Source: Opitutaceae bacterium (GTDB lineage: Bacteria > Verrucomicrobiota > Verrucomicrobiia > Opitutales > Opitutaceae). Taken from it: a stretch of 64,000 bases of DNA. The translations under genes were made by a program, and so were the position numbers. The stretch spans positions 276,627 to 340,626 of the forward strand of contig JBNKXG010000001.1 in the NCBI GenBank assembly GCA_050300215.1, written 5' to 3'. The first letter of the stretch is position 1; every line of letters begins with the position of its first letter. Below the pieces are notes generated by a model, which had not been told where the DNA came from, made no database searches, and saw only the letters and a program-made list of their open reading frames with translations. Positions 48,315 through 56,273 of this stretch are shown one piece after another.

Positions 48315-49031
48315 CTAGAAGCGGAGGGTGTTGTAGGTGATGGTGTTTTGGTAGGCTCGCTGGTTCTCGGAGCGGACTTGGAGGCTGGGATCGTCCGGGG
48401 CGACGGGCGCGGCTTCGGTGACGGTGAGCTGGATGGGTTTCGGGCTGTATTGGGGATTTGGATCGAAGGGGTGCGGGCAGGTGTTGAGGACGACGAGGGT
48501 GTCGAGCTCGAAGCGGAGCTCGACGTGGTCGCCTGCTTGGGAATGGTTTTCGACGTAGCTGAGCTTGCCGTCTTCGTCGGCGATCACTTTGGAGAACCAG
48601 TTGATGTTTGGTACGAGGTCGCGTTTGCCGAGGCCCCATTTGGTGAGCTCGATGAGGAAGCACTCTTGGGCGTTGCGGTAAAAGTCGTTGCGGAGGGTTT
48701 GGTAGTCGCCTTCGCCGTATTTGGATTTTACGGACGCAGCGTCGGAGGCGCCGCAGACGGTGTCGTGCCAGCCGCAGGTGTCGGCGGTGATGGAGGCGAA
48801 GAGACGGCCCATGTCGGAGTGTAGACAGTAGGGGGCCTTGAGGTGGAAGATGTATTGGCCTTTGAGAGTGTCGGGCATGTTGTAGCGCTCGTGCTTTTCG
48901 TAGGCGTTGTAGAGCAGCATGCCGACGTTGGCGCCGCCTTCGAGGTCGGTGAGGCGGAGGGTGCGGCCGCGCTTGATGACTTTGGACCACATGCCGGCTC
49001 CGGTGAGGGTTTCTTGATGGATGAGAGACAT
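48315..49031 (-). CDS. DUF1989 protein (urea-carboxylase-associated protein 1 / carboxyguanidine deiminase subunit-like)
   Basis: 238 aa and paralogous to 47579-48214. Its position is conserved in urea-carboxylase-region operons. Confidence 0.85.
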   Translation of the reverse strand: MSLIHQETLTGAGMWSKVIKRGRTLRLTDLEGGANVGMLLYNAYEKHERYNMPDTLKGQYIFHLKAPYCLHSDMGRLFASITADTCGWHDTVCGASDAASVKSKYGEGDYQTLRNDFYRNAQECFLIELTKWGLGKRDLVPNINWFSKVIADEDGKLSYVENHSQAGDHVELRFELDTLVVLNTCPHPFDPNPQYSPKPIQLTVTEAAPVAPDDPSLQVRSENQRAYQNTITYNTLRF

Positions 49032-49036
49032 TTTTT

Positions 49037-49072
49037 GGAATTATGAATTATGAATTGTGAAGGATGAATGGG
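49037..49072. repeat. Second copy of the AT-rich repeat (GGAATTATGAATTATGAATTGTGAAGGATGAATGGG)
   Basis: It begins 6 nt upstream (in minus sense) of the start of the first DUF1989 gene. The copy at 48227-48262 sits 13 nt upstream of the second DUF1989 gene. Confidence 0.6.
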
Positions 49073-49074
49073 CG

Positions 49075-49521
49075 CTACTTTTGGTGGAGCGGGGGCATGA
49101 TGGTGGAGGAGAGGTTGAGCTTGCCGGTTTTGACGCCTTTGCAGGTGATGAGCTCGTTGGCAATGGCTCGTAGCTTTTGGGCGGGGCCCTGGACGACGAG
49201 GACTTCCATGATGTGATCGTCTTCGAGCTGGACGTGGAGGGAGCTGATGACTTCGGCGAGGTGCTTGCGCTGGATCTTGCTCAGGGTGCCTTGCAGGTTG
49301 TTGCGGCGGGTGCTGTAGAAGAGCGTGATGGTGCCGGCCATGACTTGCTCGTCCTCCTCGGCGCTGGCTTCGATTATCTCGCGGTTGAGAATCTCGGCGA
49401 TGGCTTGGGAGCGGTTGGCGAATCCACGCTGCTCCAGCACGCTGTCGAACTTGGCGAGCACGGAGCGCGGGATGGAGACACTGACGCGTTCTGCGGGATC
49501 TGTCATGTTTTCTTGATTCAT
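49075..49521 (-). CDS. NikR-family ribbon-helix-helix regulator with an ACT-like C-domain (nickel ligands mostly not conserved)
   Basis: The RHH domain reads RVSVSIPRSVLAKFDSVLEQRGFANRSQAIAEILNREI. The C-domain reads ...ITLFYSTRRNNLQGTLSKIQRKHLAEVISSLHVQLEDDHIMEVLVVQG.... An alternative start lies at 49506. Confidence 0.8.
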   Translation of the reverse strand: MNQENMTDPAERVSVSIPRSVLAKFDSVLEQRGFANRSQAIAEILNREIIEASAEEDEQVMAGTITLFYSTRRNNLQGTLSKIQRKHLAEVISSLHVQLEDDHIMEVLVVQGPAQKLRAIANELITCKGVKTGKLNLSSTIMPPLHQK

Positions 49522-49523
49522 AT

Positions 49524-49553
49524 AGTATTACGAATTTAGGAAAACGTAATACT
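49524..49553. promoter_or_regulatory. Perfect dyad AGTATTACG-N12-CGTAATACT, candidate operator of the NikR-like regulator
   Basis: 9-bp perfect inverted arms (49524-49532 and 49545-49553) lie between the GS-like stop (49589) and the regulator start (49521). Confidence 0.6.
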
Positions 49554-49588
49554 TTTGGTTCTGGTTAGGGCAAGCGTTTTTTGGAAAA

Positions 49589-50926
49589 TCAGTAGAGTCG
49601 AGCGTAGCGATCGATTTCCCACTGGCTGACGGTTTGGTGGTATTGGCGCCACTCTTCGCTTTTGTATTTTATGAACTCGTTGCGGAGGTCGGTGCCGAGG
49701 GTTTCTTCGACGAATGGATCGGCGGCAAAGGCGGCTACGGCTTCGTCGAGGGAGCGTGGGAGTTCGCAGATGCCGCGTGCGGCGAGTTGCTCGGGAGAGA
49801 GTTCGTAGAGGTTGTCCTCTTGGGCGTCGCCTGGGTCGAGGTTCTCTTTGATGCCTTGCAGGCCGGCGGCGATGGCGAGGGCGGCGGCGAGGTAGGGATT
49901 GCAAGCGGCGTCGGCGTTGCGGGATTCGACGCGTCCGCCTCCCATGGGTACGCGGAGGGAGTTCGTGCGGTTGTTGCTACCGTAGGAATTGAAGACGGGA
50001 GCCCAGGAGTAGTAGGACATGAGGCCTTTGCGGACGAGGCGCTTGTAGCTGTTGACGGTGGGGGCGAAGGCGGCGCAGAGGGCGGGGCCGTGCTTGAGGA
50101 TGCCGGCGCTGAATTGGTAGCCCAGTTTGGAGAGGCCGAGGCCGCGTGGATCGTCTTTGTCTTCGAAGAGGTTTTTGCCCGTTTTCGCGTCGGCGATGGA
50201 CATGTTGAAGTGGGCGCCGCTGCCGGTTTTGTTGGCGAAGGGCTTGGGCATGAAGGTAGCGACGAGGCCTTCTTCCGCGGCGTATTGCTTGGCCATCATG
50301 CGGAAGAAGATGTAGCGGTCGCACATGGTGAGGGCGTCGGCGTACTTGAAGTCGAACTCGAACTGGGAGTTGGCGTCTTCGTGGTCGAGCGAGTAGAGAT
50401 CCCAGCCAAGGTCGTTGATGGTAGTGGATACCTTGTCGATCCAGGTGTAGCGGTCCATGAAACGCTTCACGTCGTAGCAGGACTTCTCGAGGTTGTCGTC
50501 GTCGTTGGGGATCTCGAGTTTGCCGTCTTCGGTGAGGCGAACGACAAAGAGTTCGCACTCGATGCCGAGGTTGACGGCGAATCCCATGGCTTCGGCTTCG
50601 GCGAGGACTTTTTTGAGGGCGACGCGGGTGTTCACTTCGTAGGGTTGCCCTTTGAAGGTGTTGTCGGCGGGCATCCAGGCGACTTCCGGCTGCCAAGGGA
50701 GTTGGATGATGTGATTGGTATCGGGGAGGGAGGCGATTTCGTCGTCGTTGGGCGACTGTCCGAGTCCGTCGAGGGCGTATCCTGTGTAGAGCTCGGATCC
50801 GGAGGCGAAGTGTTCGAAATGGTCGATGGGTACGAACTTGCCCTTGGGCACGCCGTGGATGTCAACGTAGGCGCCGACGCAGTATTTGACGCCCTGGGCC
50901 TTGAGTTTGTTTTTGAGTTCTTCCAT
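49589..50926 (-). CDS. Glutamine synthetase family protein, type III / GlnT-GmaS-like (445 aa)
   Basis: N-terminus [33 protein letters not shown]...[18 protein letters not shown]. The catalytic domain has [22 protein letters not shown] and [23 protein letters not shown]. The start is the ATG at 50926. The 976-aa ORF-track entry is a spurious upstream read-through. Confidence 0.88.
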   Translation of the reverse strand: MEELKNKLKAQGVKYCVGAYVDIHGVPKGKFVPIDHFEHFASGSELYTGYALDGLGQSPNDDEIASLPDTNHIIQLPWQPEVAWMPADNTFKGQPYEVNTRVALKKVLAEAEAMGFAVNLGIECELFVVRLTEDGKLEIPNDDDNLEKSCYDVKRFMDRYTWIDKVSTTINDLGWDLYSLDHEDANSQFEFDFKYADALTMCDRYIFFRMMAKQYAAEEGLVATFMPKPFANKTGSGAHFNMSIADAKTGKNLFEDKDDPRGLGLSKLGYQFSAGILKHGPALCAAFAPTVNSYKRLVRKGLMSYYSWAPVFNSYGSNNRTNSLRVPMGGGRVESRNADAACNPYLAAALAIAAGLQGIKENLDPGDAQEDNLYELSPEQLAARGICELPRSLDEAVAAFAADPFVEETLGTDLRNEFIKYKSEEWRQYHQTVSQWEIDRYARLY

Positions 50927-50987
50927 CTGGTGTTTTGTTCGGTGCGGGGCGAGTTTTTTGCCGCTTGGGCGTTGTTGCTGTTGCGTG

Positions 50988-51014
50988 TGGCCGCTGAGAC
51001 AGCGGCCGCTACCT
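50988..51014. repeat. 27-nt hairpin repeat TGGCCGCTGRGACAGCGGCCGCTACCT (copy 1)
   Basis: GGCCGCTG-aga-CAGCGGCC stem-loop. A near-identical copy (1 mismatch) lies at 57312-57338. Confidence 0.6.
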
Positions 51015-51024
51015 AGGTGGTGGT

Positions 51025-51822
51025 TTAGTTGTAGAATCCATCGGGGGCTCCTGACCATTGGTGGGCGGGCAGGGGCGGCTGTTCGGTTTTTGCTTTCTCG
51101 AGCTTTTCGGCGATGGCGGTGGTCATTTTTTGGAAGAGACGCGCTCCGTCTTCGGCATTGCCTAGGGAAGGGGCTCCGGTGGTGCCGTTTAAGCTTGTCT
51201 GGGAAACTGGATACGTGAATACGAGGCCGTCGGTACGGTCTTCGTCGTCGGCGGAGTTGAAGGCGGCTTGGTCGACGGTGTCCGGGGCGAGGTGGAGCAT
51301 GAGGTCGCACTCGCCTTTGTTGGCGTGGAGGTCGGCGGCGTCTTGGGTGAAGTGGTCCTCGATTTCCGAGTCGATGAAGAAGGTGTTCAGGAAACCTACT
51401 TGGAGGCGTCCCATCAGTTCGATGCGTATTTGATCTACGGCTACACGTATGGGAGCGTCGTTGCCGGCATGGGCATTGACGATGTAGAGCTTTTTCCAGC
51501 CGGTGGCTTCCGCCCATTTGGCGAATTGGACGAGGGTGTCGATGAAGGTCTTGGGCGAGAGCGAGAAGGTGCCCGGCCATTTGGTGGTGTGGCCTCCCGA
51601 GGAGGTGTAGGGCATGACGGGCGCCATGGCGACGTCGGCCTGGGCGCAGGCGGCTTGGCAAAGGGCGGTGGCGATCGTTGTATCCGTATTTATGGGAAGA
51701 GCGGGGCCGTGTTGCTCCGTTGCGCCTAGTGGCAGGACCAAGAGCGAGCTGCGTTCCTGCAGCTGTTTGATCTGCGGCCATGTCAGTTGCTCGATGCAAA
51801 TGCCTGGAAGGGTGGAGCTCAT
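51025..51822 (-). CDS. Creatininase-family amidohydrolase
   Basis: [18 protein letters not shown] (compare the creatininase motif LPVGALEQHG...D), plus IVNAHAGN and LHANKGECD. 265 aa. Confidence 0.85.
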   Translation of the reverse strand: MSSTLPGICIEQLTWPQIKQLQERSSLLVLPLGATEQHGPALPINTDTTIATALCQAACAQADVAMAPVMPYTSSGGHTTKWPGTFSLSPKTFIDTLVQFAKWAEATGWKKLYIVNAHAGNDAPIRVAVDQIRIELMGRLQVGFLNTFFIDSEIEDHFTQDAADLHANKGECDLMLHLAPDTVDQAAFNSADDEDRTDGLVFTYPVSQTSLNGTTGAPSLGNAEDGARLFQKMTTAIAEKLEKAKTEQPPLPAHQWSGAPDGFYN

Positions 51823-51828
51823 GGGCGA

Positions 51829-52728
51829 TTACTCGACGTCGTCCTTGACGTTGGTCATGCGAATGATGGGCAGGTCGTGGTCGGTCGCTTCTTCCTTGGG
51901 ATGGATGAGTTCTTCCAGCCGTTGTTTGGTGGCGAGGAACTCGGGGCTGAGCAGGTGCTCGGGGGTGCGCGGTCTCGGCACGGGGACTTCGATGAATTCC
52001 TGGATTTCGCCCGGATTCGCTTTCAGCACGAGAATGCGGTCGGACAAGTAGATGGCTTCGTCGAGGTCGTGGGTGACGAACATGATGGTGACGTCCACGT
52101 TTTGCCAAATCTGCAGGAGGTGGGCCTGCATTTGGTTGCGAGTGTGCGGATCGAGAGCGCCAAAGGGCTCGTCCATGAAGAGGATTTGCGGCTGGTTGGC
52201 GAGGGCTCGGGCGATGGCGACGCGTTGTTTCATGCCTCCTGAAAGCTGGCTCGGATAGGCTTCGGCGGCGTGGGAAAGGCCGACTAGGTCGATCCATTGC
52301 ATGGCTTCTTGTTCGACGGCACTGCCCGAGCGTCCGTTGACTTCGAGACCGAACATGACGTTCTTCTTGACGCTCAGCCAGGGGAACAAGGTGTAGCCCT
52401 GGAAAACCATTCCGCGGTCGGCGCCCGGGCCGGAAGGGGCGTTGCCGTCGAGGAGGAAGGAGCCGCCGGAGAGGGTTTCCAGTCCAGCCAGCATGCGGAT
52501 GAGGGTCGACTTGCCGCAACCCGAGGGGCCGATGACGGAAATGAACTCGCGGCGATGGACGTTGAAATCGATCGGGCTGAGTACGTTGACGGTCCCCTTG
52601 GCGGTGGTGAAGCTCTTGCTGATGCCTTTGACCTCTAACTTGATCGGGCGTTTGTAGATGTCGGCGAAGCGCGCTTGTACGGCTTCGCTCTGCTCCTTGT
52701 AACTCGGCAGCGTTATGGATTCGCTCAT
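51829..52728 (-). CDS. ABC transporter ATP-binding protein (NitT/TauT family)
   Basis: Walker [10 protein letters not shown], signature [15 protein letters not shown] and Walker [13 protein letters not shown]. Confidence 0.92.
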   Translation of the reverse strand: MSESITLPSYKEQSEAVQARFADIYKRPIKLEVKGISKSFTTAKGTVNVLSPIDFNVHRREFISVIGPSGCGKSTLIRMLAGLETLSGGSFLLDGNAPSGPGADRGMVFQGYTLFPWLSVKKNVMFGLEVNGRSGSAVEQEAMQWIDLVGLSHAAEAYPSQLSGGMKQRVAIARALANQPQILFMDEPFGALDPHTRNQMQAHLLQIWQNVDVTIMFVTHDLDEAIYLSDRILVLKANPGEIQEFIEVPVPRPRTPEHLLSPEFLATKQRLEELIHPKEEATDHDLPIIRMTNVKDDVE

Positions 52729-54116
52729 GATTTAGCCTTTCCGTTGAGAGGTTCGGCGTAGACTTTCCGGTCTACTAGCCAGAAGAGGAAGCGGCCGATG
52801 GGGCCGTGTTTCTTGTCGGATGCCTCGGGCGTCCAAGGGAAGAGGTACTTGCGCAGGGACGACAGGAATTGGTCGGTGACGAAGCCTGAAATGCCGATGA
52901 GGATGATGATCGGGAAAACGCTGTCGAAGTTGCGCCAGCGGCCTTGCGTTTCGAGGAATTCGGTGAGGCCGCTCTTAACGCCGATGAGCTCCGCGATTAC
53001 CAGCCAGGTCCAGGCCCAGCCCAGGAGGATGCGGAGGTCGTTGAAGAGATTTGGCGTGATGCCCGGCAGGATGACGCGGCGGATGAGGGTGAAGTTTTTC
53101 GCTCCGAGGGTTTGGGCCGCTTCGAGTAGGGAAGCGTCGAGTTGGCGAGTGGTATTGGCCACGACGAGCACGAGTTGGAAGAAGGTTCCCACGAAGACCA
53201 AGGCGATCTTCGGGGCGTCGTGAGCGAGGAAGACGGCGACCAGCAGGGTGCTGAACGCGGGCGCCGGCATGTAGCGGAAGAAGTCGATGAAGGGCTCGAA
53301 GAGTTTGGAGAAGAAGTCGAAGGTTCCGCAAAGCACGCCGATGGGGACGCCGATCACGGCCGCCAGGAGGAAGCCGAAGAAGACGATGCGCAGCGAATGC
53401 TTGTAGCGCTCGAACATGGACGGCTTGTCGTCGTCGGATGAAAAGGTGAAGTCTTGGAAGCCTTTGATCAGGACCTCGTGCGGAGCGGGCAGGTAGACGG
53501 GATTGGTGGAGACGCCTTGGGGCACGAGTTTTTCCAAGGGGATTTCCGGGAGCAGCTTGGAGTCGAAGGTCGGTGAGCGTTCCGACATGAGAGCCCAGTT
53601 GCGAGTGGCGATGCCCTGGTTTTCGTCGGTGAACTTCACCTTTTTGTAGGGCAATTTTCCTTCGGCGACTCCTTGCCAGACTTGGTAGAGCAAGGCGTCT
53701 TCCTTGGCCTCGTCGCGGGAGAGCCATTGATTGGCGATGGCGGCGTCCGAGATGTGCCGCATGATCTTGAGGTTGGCGCGGCGTACTGCGAAGCCGGAGC
53801 CTTTGATATTTCCCGATTTTCGTTCGGCCAGAATGGCGGCGTTGTCGGACTGGATGGCGGCGACGAACTCCGGGAAGTAGCTCTTGGAAAGGTGGTCGCC
53901 CGCGGTGTAGACGGTGGTCACATCCGAGCGGTCGGCTGAGATGTGCAGCTTGATGTCGGGATGCCAGATGAAACTCGAGTAGCTGACAAAGGCCCAAACG
54001 AGCAGCGGCAGTATAAAAGAGGAGCAGGTCAGGACGAGCCTTTGCTTCGCGTCAAGGTCTTTGCGGATGGCGAACCACGGCCTAGATGCCTTGTTGTTTT
54101 TGTTTGCTTGGGTCAT
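52725..54116 (-). CDS. ABC transporter permease (NitT/TauT family) with a ~190-aa N-terminal extracytoplasmic extension
   Basis: One N-terminal TM is followed by a long soluble segment and then a BPD-transport core (...[27 protein letters not shown]...). 463 aa. 4-nt overlap with the ATPase gene. Confidence 0.88.
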   Translation of the reverse strand: MTQANKNNKASRPWFAIRKDLDAKQRLVLTCSSFILPLLVWAFVSYSSFIWHPDIKLHISADRSDVTTVYTAGDHLSKSYFPEFVAAIQSDNAAILAERKSGNIKGSGFAVRRANLKIMRHISDAAIANQWLSRDEAKEDALLYQVWQGVAEGKLPYKKVKFTDENQGIATRNWALMSERSPTFDSKLLPEIPLEKLVPQGVSTNPVYLPAPHEVLIKGFQDFTFSSDDDKPSMFERYKHSLRIVFFGFLLAAVIGVPIGVLCGTFDFFSKLFEPFIDFFRYMPAPAFSTLLVAVFLAHDAPKIALVFVGTFFQLVLVVANTTRQLDASLLEAAQTLGAKNFTLIRRVILPGITPNLFNDLRILLGWAWTWLVIAELIGVKSGLTEFLETQGRWRNFDSVFPIIILIGISGFVTDQFLSSLRKYLFPWTPEASDKKHGPIGRFLFWLVDRKVYAEPLNGKAKS

Positions 54117-54219
54117 GTACGCGTTTCGGAAATCGGGCTCGAGTCAGAGGGTGGGCAACAAGAAGGCGGGCCGGGCTGGGCCCGCCTTCGATTGGTTGAA
54201 GCTTGTATCCAACGAACCG

Positions 54220-55212
54220 TTACTTAACGGACTTGGCGTATTCCAAGGTCAGGCTTGGATCGAGATACTGGGAGGTCTTCAGCGGCTCGGGATAGACGCC
54301 CATGGATACGTTGAACTCGTCTGAAATAGCGGTGGAACCGTAGACGGAACCAAATCCTTCGGCTTCCTTCCAGATTGGAAGCACCTCGTCGAGGCCCAAG
54401 ATGTAGGTGCCGCTGAGGAATGGCTCGTACTCTTCAGGGCTGATGGCTACGCGGCCTGAGAGGATTTCGAGCACTTCGTCGATGTTGTCCTCGTCCTTCA
54501 TGTAGTCGACGATTCGATACCAGACCTTGACGACTTTCATCCAATCGTCGCGGCGCTTTTCGAGACTTTCGGGATCGACGCTCAAAAGGTCGTAGATGAC
54601 GCCAGGAACGTCGGCGGAAGTGAGCACTGGCTTGGAATTGGCGATGGTCTTGAGGGCCTGTCCGGAGTTGGGCTGCCAAGCGCCGATGGCGTCGACGGCG
54701 CCCGATGCGAGTACCTGTGGCGTTTCGTTGGTTGGCGTGTTGACGATGGTAAATTCGGACGGGTCGATGCCGGCGGCTTCGGCTCCCTTTATGAGGAGAA
54801 GGTGTTCCACGAAACCCTCTTCGAGGCCGATCTTCTTGCCCTTGAGATCCTCGAGCGAGTTGAATCCGGGAGCGGCTACGATCATGTCGTTGCCGTTGGA
54901 GAAGTCGTTGATGATGATGCCGACGGAAGGCTTGCCGGTGCCGCCGGTGACGAGGGCGTCGCCGTTGGTCATGGTGACCGCGTCGATCAATCCTGCGGCG
55001 TAGGCGTCCATGGAAGCGACGTAGTCCATCCACTGGAAGTTAACTTCGACGCCTTCCTCTTCGAACCAGCCCTTTTGGATGCCGATTTCCCAGGCGACCC
55101 AGCCTGGCCAGTCGGAGTAGCCGATTTTAAGAGGTTCCGCTTGAGTGAAAGGCAGAGCGGCGAGGAGGGAGAGCCCGGCGAGGGCGCGGGTAGCGAGGCG
55201 AGCGAACTTCAT
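54220..55212 (-). CDS. ABC transporter substrate-binding protein (NMT1/THI5-like, urea-carboxylase-region type)
   Basis: Signal peptide [25 protein letters not shown], followed by [18 protein letters not shown]..., as in NitT/TauT-family binding proteins. Confidence 0.88.
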   Translation of the reverse strand: MKFARLATRALAGLSLLAALPFTQAEPLKIGYSDWPGWVAWEIGIQKGWFEEEGVEVNFQWMDYVASMDAYAAGLIDAVTMTNGDALVTGGTGKPSVGIIINDFSNGNDMIVAAPGFNSLEDLKGKKIGLEEGFVEHLLLIKGAEAAGIDPSEFTIVNTPTNETPQVLASGAVDAIGAWQPNSGQALKTIANSKPVLTSADVPGVIYDLLSVDPESLEKRRDDWMKVVKVWYRIVDYMKDEDNIDEVLEILSGRVAISPEEYEPFLSGTYILGLDEVLPIWKEAEGFGSVYGSTAISDEFNVSMGVYPEPLKTSQYLDPSLTLEYAKSVK

Positions 55213-55242
55213 ATGATTTTGGTCGTTCAGGTTTTATTAAGT

Positions 55243-55268
55243 TAATACGAAAAAGAATAATCGTATTA
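55243..55268. promoter_or_regulatory. Dyad TAATACGA-N10-TCGTATTA (core TAATACG-N12-CGTATTA), second candidate operator
   Basis: It lies 31-56 nt upstream of the binding-protein start codon. It has the same core and spacing as the dyad at 49524-49553, giving the consensus TAWTACG-N12-CGTAWTA. Confidence 0.55.
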
Positions 55269-55623
55269 CGATTCTGTCCGACTTTAAGCATTGCGCGCGC
55301 CATCTGCCTGTAATGGTTAGAATCAGGCTTAAACGAGCAAAAATGCGCAGCGGTTTGCCGAATAGGCGTTGAGAAATGATCAAATGAGTCTCCGCTCTGA
55401 AAGCGTCACGAGCTGACGGGCGCGAACATCGAATGTGCTTCAGTATGCCAGCCTGCAGTCGCTGGAGCGGGGGGATCACGTCTTGGACGCGAAGGATATC
55501 GAGCTTGCGATCGTGCGGGAGTATGAGAAAGAAGGGCGACTGGGCTAGGGGTAGGTTAGTGTTTCGCTTGTTGATCAAAAATTCGCTTTAGTTGTCGCTG
55601 TTCAGTCTTACTTCCTAACTACC

Positions 55624-56046
55624 ATGAGTCATTCGCGTAAACTTGAAGAGCTGGCGCTGGCGCTCGATATGTCCAGTGGTTCCGAAGACATTCCTGTTTA
55701 TGTATGCAAGTCGACAGGTGAGATCGTTTACGATGCGGAAGAGTATTCCGGAGAACCGTGCCCCGTTGAAGACATTGAAAACGACAATCGCTACGTGTGC
55801 CTTCCGGACAAGCACGATTTCGATTTGGGAACGCGGCTGGTGTGGCGTTTCGTCGAGCAAGGAATACCGGCATTGGAGCCGAAAGTTCGAAGGATTTTTT
55901 CGAGTCGCGGAGCCTATCGAAGGTGGAAGGATTTTCTGGACGACAACGATTTGCTGGAGGCTTGGTACAATTTCGAAAAGACGGCCCAAAATGAGGCCTT
56001 GCTAGAATGGTGTCGCGCTGAGGGTATCCAAATCGAAGGCGACTAG
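55624..56046 (+). CDS. Hypothetical protein (possibly UPF0158-like)
   Basis: 140-aa acidic protein whose C-terminal part reads ...SSRGAYRRWKDFLDDNDLLEAWYNFEKTAQNEALLEWCRAEGI. The family assignment comes from memory of a similar motif and carries low certainty. Confidence 0.5.
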   Translation: MSHSRKLEELALALDMSSGSEDIPVYVCKSTGEIVYDAEEYSGEPCPVEDIENDNRYVCLPDKHDFDLGTRLVWRFVEQGIPALEPKVRRIFSSRGAYRRWKDFLDDNDLLEAWYNFEKTAQNEALLEWCRAEGIQIEGD

Positions 56047-56067
56047 GTCGTTTTTTGGATACGGATG

Positions 56068-56099
56068 CTCGTAGCGCGGAGCTTTAGCCCGCGTCCGCG
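56068..56099. repeat. Copy of the REP-like element (CTCGTAGCGCGGAGCTTTAGCCCGCGTCCGCG)
   Basis: Identical over 32 nt to 14759-14790. Confidence 0.7.
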
Positions 56100-56273
56100 T
56101 TAACCTCGGGTTTCCAGCCGTTGAGACAGGTTCTTTCCTTTGCGTTGGTCGTAGCGGCTGTGACGAGCGAAGTTATTCAGGTTGGCAGGGACATTGAAGT
56201 AGGATTCGTCCAGCACCACGCTTGTTGGGTGTATCCAAAAATTGAGACGCAACGTTATCGGGTTTTTGTTTTG

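Noticed and set aside
49589-52519. 976-aa ORF in the track that would fuse the GS-like protein to a 530-aa N-terminal extension.
   Set aside because: The upstream part is Arg/Pro/His-rich low-complexity sequence. It overlaps the well-supported creatininase-like and ABC ATPase genes in another frame. Genuine GS homology begins at the ATG at 50926 ([15 protein letters not shown]...).
55435-55548. Short plus-strand frame VLQYASLQSLERGDHVLDAKDIELAIVREYEKEGRLG* that looks protein-like.
   Set aside because: It is only 37 codons from a GTG, with a stop 18 nt upstream. It has no recognisable start context and I cannot confirm a family. It may be a remnant of a decayed gene, and it is too weak to annotate.
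55213-55620. Expected guanidine-I (ykkC) riboswitch in the transporter leader, and likewise in 49522-49588.
   Set aside because: I looked on both strands for the conserved GGGUUCCG / GGUCCGAGAG / ACGGCGGGA-type blocks and did not find them. The CTAGGGGTAGG at 55545-55555 is on the wrong strand for the transporter and lacks the other blocks. A covariance-model scan is still needed for certainty.
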